From Microcoleus asticus IPMA8 (GTDB taxonomy: Bacteria > Cyanobacteriota > Cyanobacteriia > Cyanobacteriales > Microcoleaceae), in NCBI RefSeq assembly GCF_013179805.1, contig NZ_SRRZ01000172.1:1-12503 (forward strand): DNA of 12,503 nt. Reading direction: 5' to 3'. Under the pieces are notes generated by a model that was not told the DNA's origin, searched no databases, and was given only the letters and a program-made list of their open reading frames with translations. A program made the position numbers and the translations under genes. This document shows, piece by piece, positions 9,463 to 12,503 of the stretch. Each line of letters starts with the position of its first letter. Within the stretch, counting starts at the first letter, position 1.

Positions 9463-10464
9463 ATGACCAATATTTCAAAAAAAACGAAAAAACAGACTCG
9501 GCAACCGGCAGAAATAAACACAGAAGTAGATTTAACAGATACTACTGGTGAAGGTTTATGGATGGAGTCAGGATTTACACTATTTGTATGGGGTTTTGCC
9601 TTAGCGACAGCGGGTACGCTGTTTTGGATGAGTGCGGTAATTTTTAAAGATGCTTGGCCAGCTATTAGCGAATTTGGACTCTCATTCTTGTGGAATCCCA
9701 AGTGGGATATCGGCGAGTTGCAGTTTGGGGCTTTGCCGTTTATTTACGGTACTGTAATTAGTTCTGCGATCGGCATAATCATCGCACTTCCTTTAGGGCT
9801 GTCAGTAGCTATAGTTACTAGCGAGAACTTCTTACCCGTTTGGGTGCGATCGCCCTTGGGATTCATGGTTGAATTAATCTCGGCTATTCCCAGCGTGATA
9901 GTTGGCCTGTGGGGAATCTTTGTTTTGATTCCCTTTTTGTTGCCATTGCAGCAGTCATTGTTCGATAATTTCAGTTGGTTTCCCCTGTTCAGCAGCGAAC
10001 CTTTAGGCCCCGGAATGCTGCCGGCTGGAATACTGTTATCAATTATGATTTTGCCAACAGTAGCTGCCATCAGCCGCGATGTATTGATGTCAGTTCCCGT
10101 AGATTTGCGCAGTGCTTCCATGTCCCTCGGTGCCACCCGCTGGGAAACGATATTCAAGCTGTTATTGCCAGCAGCTAGTTCGGGGATTATCGGGGCTACA
10201 ATCTTGGCTTTGGGACGCGCTTTAGGCGAAACAATGGCCGTCACAATGGTGATTGGCAACTCGATTCAAATTAACCAATCCCTGCTAGCTCCCAGCTACT
10301 CAATTCCTGCTGTTTTGGCGAGTCAATTTCGGGAAGCTCTCGAACCGCTGCACATCGGCGCTTTGATGTATTTAGCCCTAATTTTATTTGCGATCACTTT
10401 GTTGGTAAATGCGATCGCAGTATTGCTAGTTCAGCTAATCGGCGTCAAGGGATCTAAAAATTAA
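9463..10464 (+). CDS. pstC: Phosphate ABC transporter permease PstC
   Basis: Multi-pass membrane protein with an EAA-like loop (ASMSLGATRWETIFKLLLPAA) and ALGRALGETMAV. It sits between pstS and pstA. The start is uncertain; an internal ATG at M34 has a GAAGG upstream. Confidence 0.9.
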   Translation: MTNISKKTKKQTRQPAEINTEVDLTDTTGEGLWMESGFTLFVWGFALATAGTLFWMSAVIFKDAWPAISEFGLSFLWNPKWDIGELQFGALPFIYGTVISSAIGIIIALPLGLSVAIVTSENFLPVWVRSPLGFMVELISAIPSVIVGLWGIFVLIPFLLPLQQSLFDNFSWFPLFSSEPLGPGMLPAGILLSIMILPTVAAISRDVLMSVPVDLRSASMSLGATRWETIFKLLLPAASSGIIGATILALGRALGETMAVTMVIGNSIQINQSLLAPSYSIPAVLASQFREALEPLHIGALMYLALILFAITLLVNAIAVLLVQLIGVKGSKN

Positions 10465-10576
10465 CACGCTCGAAAGTAATTGGTAACAAGCCATTTTATG
10501 TATTCTTTCCCCGGCTCAGGACGGAGAAAGAGAAAAGTGTAACATCCTGAGAACAAACTTGCGGATAAATCCGCAG

Positions 10577-10611
10577 AATCAATCTAAAATCTAAAATCTA
10601 AAATCTAAAAT
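10577..10611. repeat. Tandem heptamer repeat AATCTAA, 4 full copies (10581-10608) plus partial flanking units, STRR-like
   Basis: Read directly from the sequence. The array ends 4-6 nt before the pstA ATG (10615). It is preceded by hairpins CTCAGGA...TCCTGAG (10515-10551) and TGCGGA-taaa-TCCGCA (10560-10575). Confidence 0.85.
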
Positions 10612-10614
10612 TGC

Positions 10615-11595
10615 ATGACTCAAGTAAAAAAATCAAACAGTATTCTGGATGCAGAAATCAACAATCCCCTGTCGCTAAGCCGAAAATTTTTCAGCCGGGG
10701 GATGACAGTTATCGCTTTCGCTCTGACAGCTCTCGCCCTGCTCCCTTTGTTTGCTATCTTATACAAAATCCTGGGAGAAGGACTCACACATTTGAGCTGG
10801 GAAGTGCTAGTGTCTCTACCAGCACCCGTTGGAGTTGAAGACCAGCCCAACGGCTTTGCCAATGCGATTCTTGGGACAGCTTTAATGGTAGGAATTGCTA
10901 CGTTATTTAGTGTTCCAATCGGCGTAATGACGGGAATATTTCTGTCTGAGTTTGGTAGAGACAACAAAGCGCTGGCTAATAGCATCCGCTTTATCACCGT
11001 CATTCTCAGCAGCGTTCCCTCGATCGTAGTTGGCGTCTTTTCCTATGCCCTAATTGTCATTACCACCAAAGCATTTTCATCCTTAGCAGGCGGTTTTGCC
11101 CTTGGCATCATCATGCTTCCAGTTGTTGCTCTGACAACAGAACAAGCATTAAAATTAGTGCCTACTTCTTACCGCCTCGCTTCTGCTGCTTTGGGAGGCG
11201 GACGCTTTCAAACGATGTTTCGCACGATCGTACCCTCAGCACTTCCAACTATTACCACAGGTATTTTACTAGCTGCTTCCCGGGCCGCCGGCGAAACCGC
11301 ACCGCTGATTGTAACAGCGTTGTCGAGTCAATTTTGGCCTCCTTTAGTTGATAAGTTGGGCGAGATAATGCAGTCCCCCATAGGTGAAGAAACTATCTCA
11401 AAACTCAAAGAAATTCCCGAGACATTGCTGACTCCTACTCCTTCTATGTCAGTATTAATATATAGCTACGCCAGCTCTCCCTACAAAGAGCAGAACGAAT
11501 TGGCGTGGACTGCTGCCTCTGTGCTTTTGGGCATGGTTTTGATTGCTAGCGTCGCATCCCGTACAGTAACTCGGAAACGCTTTCAAAAGCGATAA
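10615..11595 (+). CDS. pstA: Phosphate ABC transporter permease PstA
   Basis: Multi-pass membrane protein with an EAA-like loop (ASAALGGGRFQTMFRTIVPSALP) and SRAAGETAPL. It sits between pstC and pstB. It seems to carry an extra hydrophilic segment (PPLVDKLGEIMQSPIGEETISKLKEIPETLL) relative to the PstA proteins I recall. Confidence 0.9.
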   Translation: MTQVKKSNSILDAEINNPLSLSRKFFSRGMTVIAFALTALALLPLFAILYKILGEGLTHLSWEVLVSLPAPVGVEDQPNGFANAILGTALMVGIATLFSVPIGVMTGIFLSEFGRDNKALANSIRFITVILSSVPSIVVGVFSYALIVITTKAFSSLAGGFALGIIMLPVVALTTEQALKLVPTSYRLASAALGGGRFQTMFRTIVPSALPTITTGILLAASRAAGETAPLIVTALSSQFWPPLVDKLGEIMQSPIGEETISKLKEIPETLLTPTPSMSVLIYSYASSPYKEQNELAWTAASVLLGMVLIASVASRTVTRKRFQKR

Positions 11596-11651
11596 ATCAA
11601 TAACTAAAGTCCATCTATCAGTCCAATATTAACAATATAACCAAGCAAATA

Positions 11652-12503
11652 ATGAAACCTAAAGCTAACTTGAAGGCCGAAAACTCTACAGAGAAATTTC
11701 TAGAAAATGCCACGCCGGAAATTGACCCCAATGCAATGCCAGCACTGCGGGTGCAGGACTTGAGTTTTTATTACGGAACTTACAAAGTCTTAGAAAATTT
11801 ATCGATGAATATCCCTCACCCGCAAATTACCGCGATTATTGGCCCTTCAGGTTGCGGCAAATCTACCTTTCTCAAAGCTCTCAACCGGATTGGTGAATTG
11901 GAGGGAAAGGTTAAAATTAAAGGAAGAGTAGAGTTTTTTGGACAGGATATTTACAGCCCGAAAGTAAACATTAATAGTTTGCGTCGCCAAATTGGGATGG
12001 TGTTTCAAAGACCGAATCCTTTTCCGCTGAGCATCTACGATAATATTGCTTACGGGGTGAGGATTTTTGGTCGCAAAAGCAAAGCAGAATTAGATGAAAT
12101 TGTGGAATCTGCACTTAAAAGTGCGGCGCTTTGGAATGAAGTCAAAGACGATTTGAAGAAATCGGCTCAGGGGATTTCGGGGGGACAGCAGCAGCGACTT
12201 TGTATTGCTCGCGCTTTGGCTGTGAAGCCGAAAATTTTGCTAATGGATGAACCTTGTTCTGCTCTAGATCCGATTTCAACGATGAAGATTGAGGAGTTAT
12301 TTCAGACTCTGCGGCAGCAGTTGACTGTTGTGATTGTGACCCACAATATGCAGCAGGCGGCTCGGGTTTCTGATTACACGGCATTTTTTAATACTGATGA
12401 AAGTCGCATCGGCCGCCTAGTTGAATTTGGGCCGACAAGTAAGATTTTTACTTCTGCGGGCAATTCGAGTACGAGAGATTACATTCAAGGCCGTTTCGGT
12501 TAA
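11652..12503 (+). CDS. pstB: Phosphate ABC transporter ATP-binding protein PstB
   Basis: Walker A GPSGCGKST, LSGGQQQRLCIARAL, Walker B ILLMDEPCSALD, H-loop VTHN, and the C-terminus YIQGRFG typical of PstB. The stop TAA is at 12501-12503. An alternative start is ATG 11736 (MPALRVQDL...). Confidence 0.93.
   Translation: MKPKANLKAENSTEKFLENATPEIDPNAMPALRVQDLSFYYGTYKVLENLSMNIPHPQITAIIGPSGCGKSTFLKALNRIGELEGKVKIKGRVEFFGQDIYSPKVNINSLRRQIGMVFQRPNPFPLSIYDNIAYGVRIFGRKSKAELDEIVESALKSAALWNEVKDDLKKSAQGISGGQQQRLCIARALAVKPKILLMDEPCSALDPISTMKIEELFQTLRQQLTVVIVTHNMQQAARVSDYTAFFNTDESRIGRLVEFGPTSKIFTSAGNSSTRDYIQGRFG

Noticed and set aside
8580-12384. Antisense or alternative-frame ORFs within pstS, pstC, pstA and pstB (8580..8801, 8611..8952, 9369..9551, 9441..9701, 9744..10259, 9975..10178, 10611..10838, 10620..11003, 12142..12384)
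   Set aside because: Each overlaps a pst gene identified by clear family motifs and operon order, and none has an independent motif or start-site support.

Overview
The window looks like cyanobacterial chromosome: I counted at least 13 exact HIP1 octamers (GCGATCGC), and it carries psbD, ubiD and pstSCAB. From left to right it contains: (1) the first 30 codons of psbD on the minus strand (1-90), too short for the ORF track. (2) A 90-aa protein overlapping by ATGA an EcfA/CbiO-like ABC ATPase that has no permease gene beside it. (3) An accessory-looking block of about 4.9 kb (about 1500-6390) with a DUF4058-like PD-(D/E)xK protein (-), an 80-aa protein (-), a 70-aa XRE-type HTH (+), a 163-aa coiled-coil/amphipathic protein (+) and an NB-ARC + TPR STAND (NLR-like) NTPase (+). 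(4) ubiD (-). (5) A duplicated Pho-box promoter followed by pstS-pstC-pstA-pstB (+). The main finding is that the NLR-like gene is split. The NB-ARC frame is open and clearly coding (NFVGRDEEM, the usual pre-P-loop motif) for 37 codons upstream of its first ATG, with no ATG/GTG/TTG in that stretch. It overlaps the end of the 163-aa ORF exactly at an in-phase A_AAA_AAG heptamer (3813-3819). That heptamer has a UAAGG Shine-Dalgarno-like element upstream and a 9-bp hairpin 4-6 nt downstream, the three-part layout of the dnaX -1 frameshift signal. A -1 shift would give a 922-aa protein. A homopolymer sequencing error, a real frameshift mutation and programmed recoding all predict the same protein and cannot be told apart from this sequence alone. 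The TPR sensor consists of six near-identical 126-bp repeats in which variation concentrates at two codon positions. Several palindromic or tandem-repeat elements lie in the intergenic regions. All family assignments rest on motif recognition by eye; no database search was possible.
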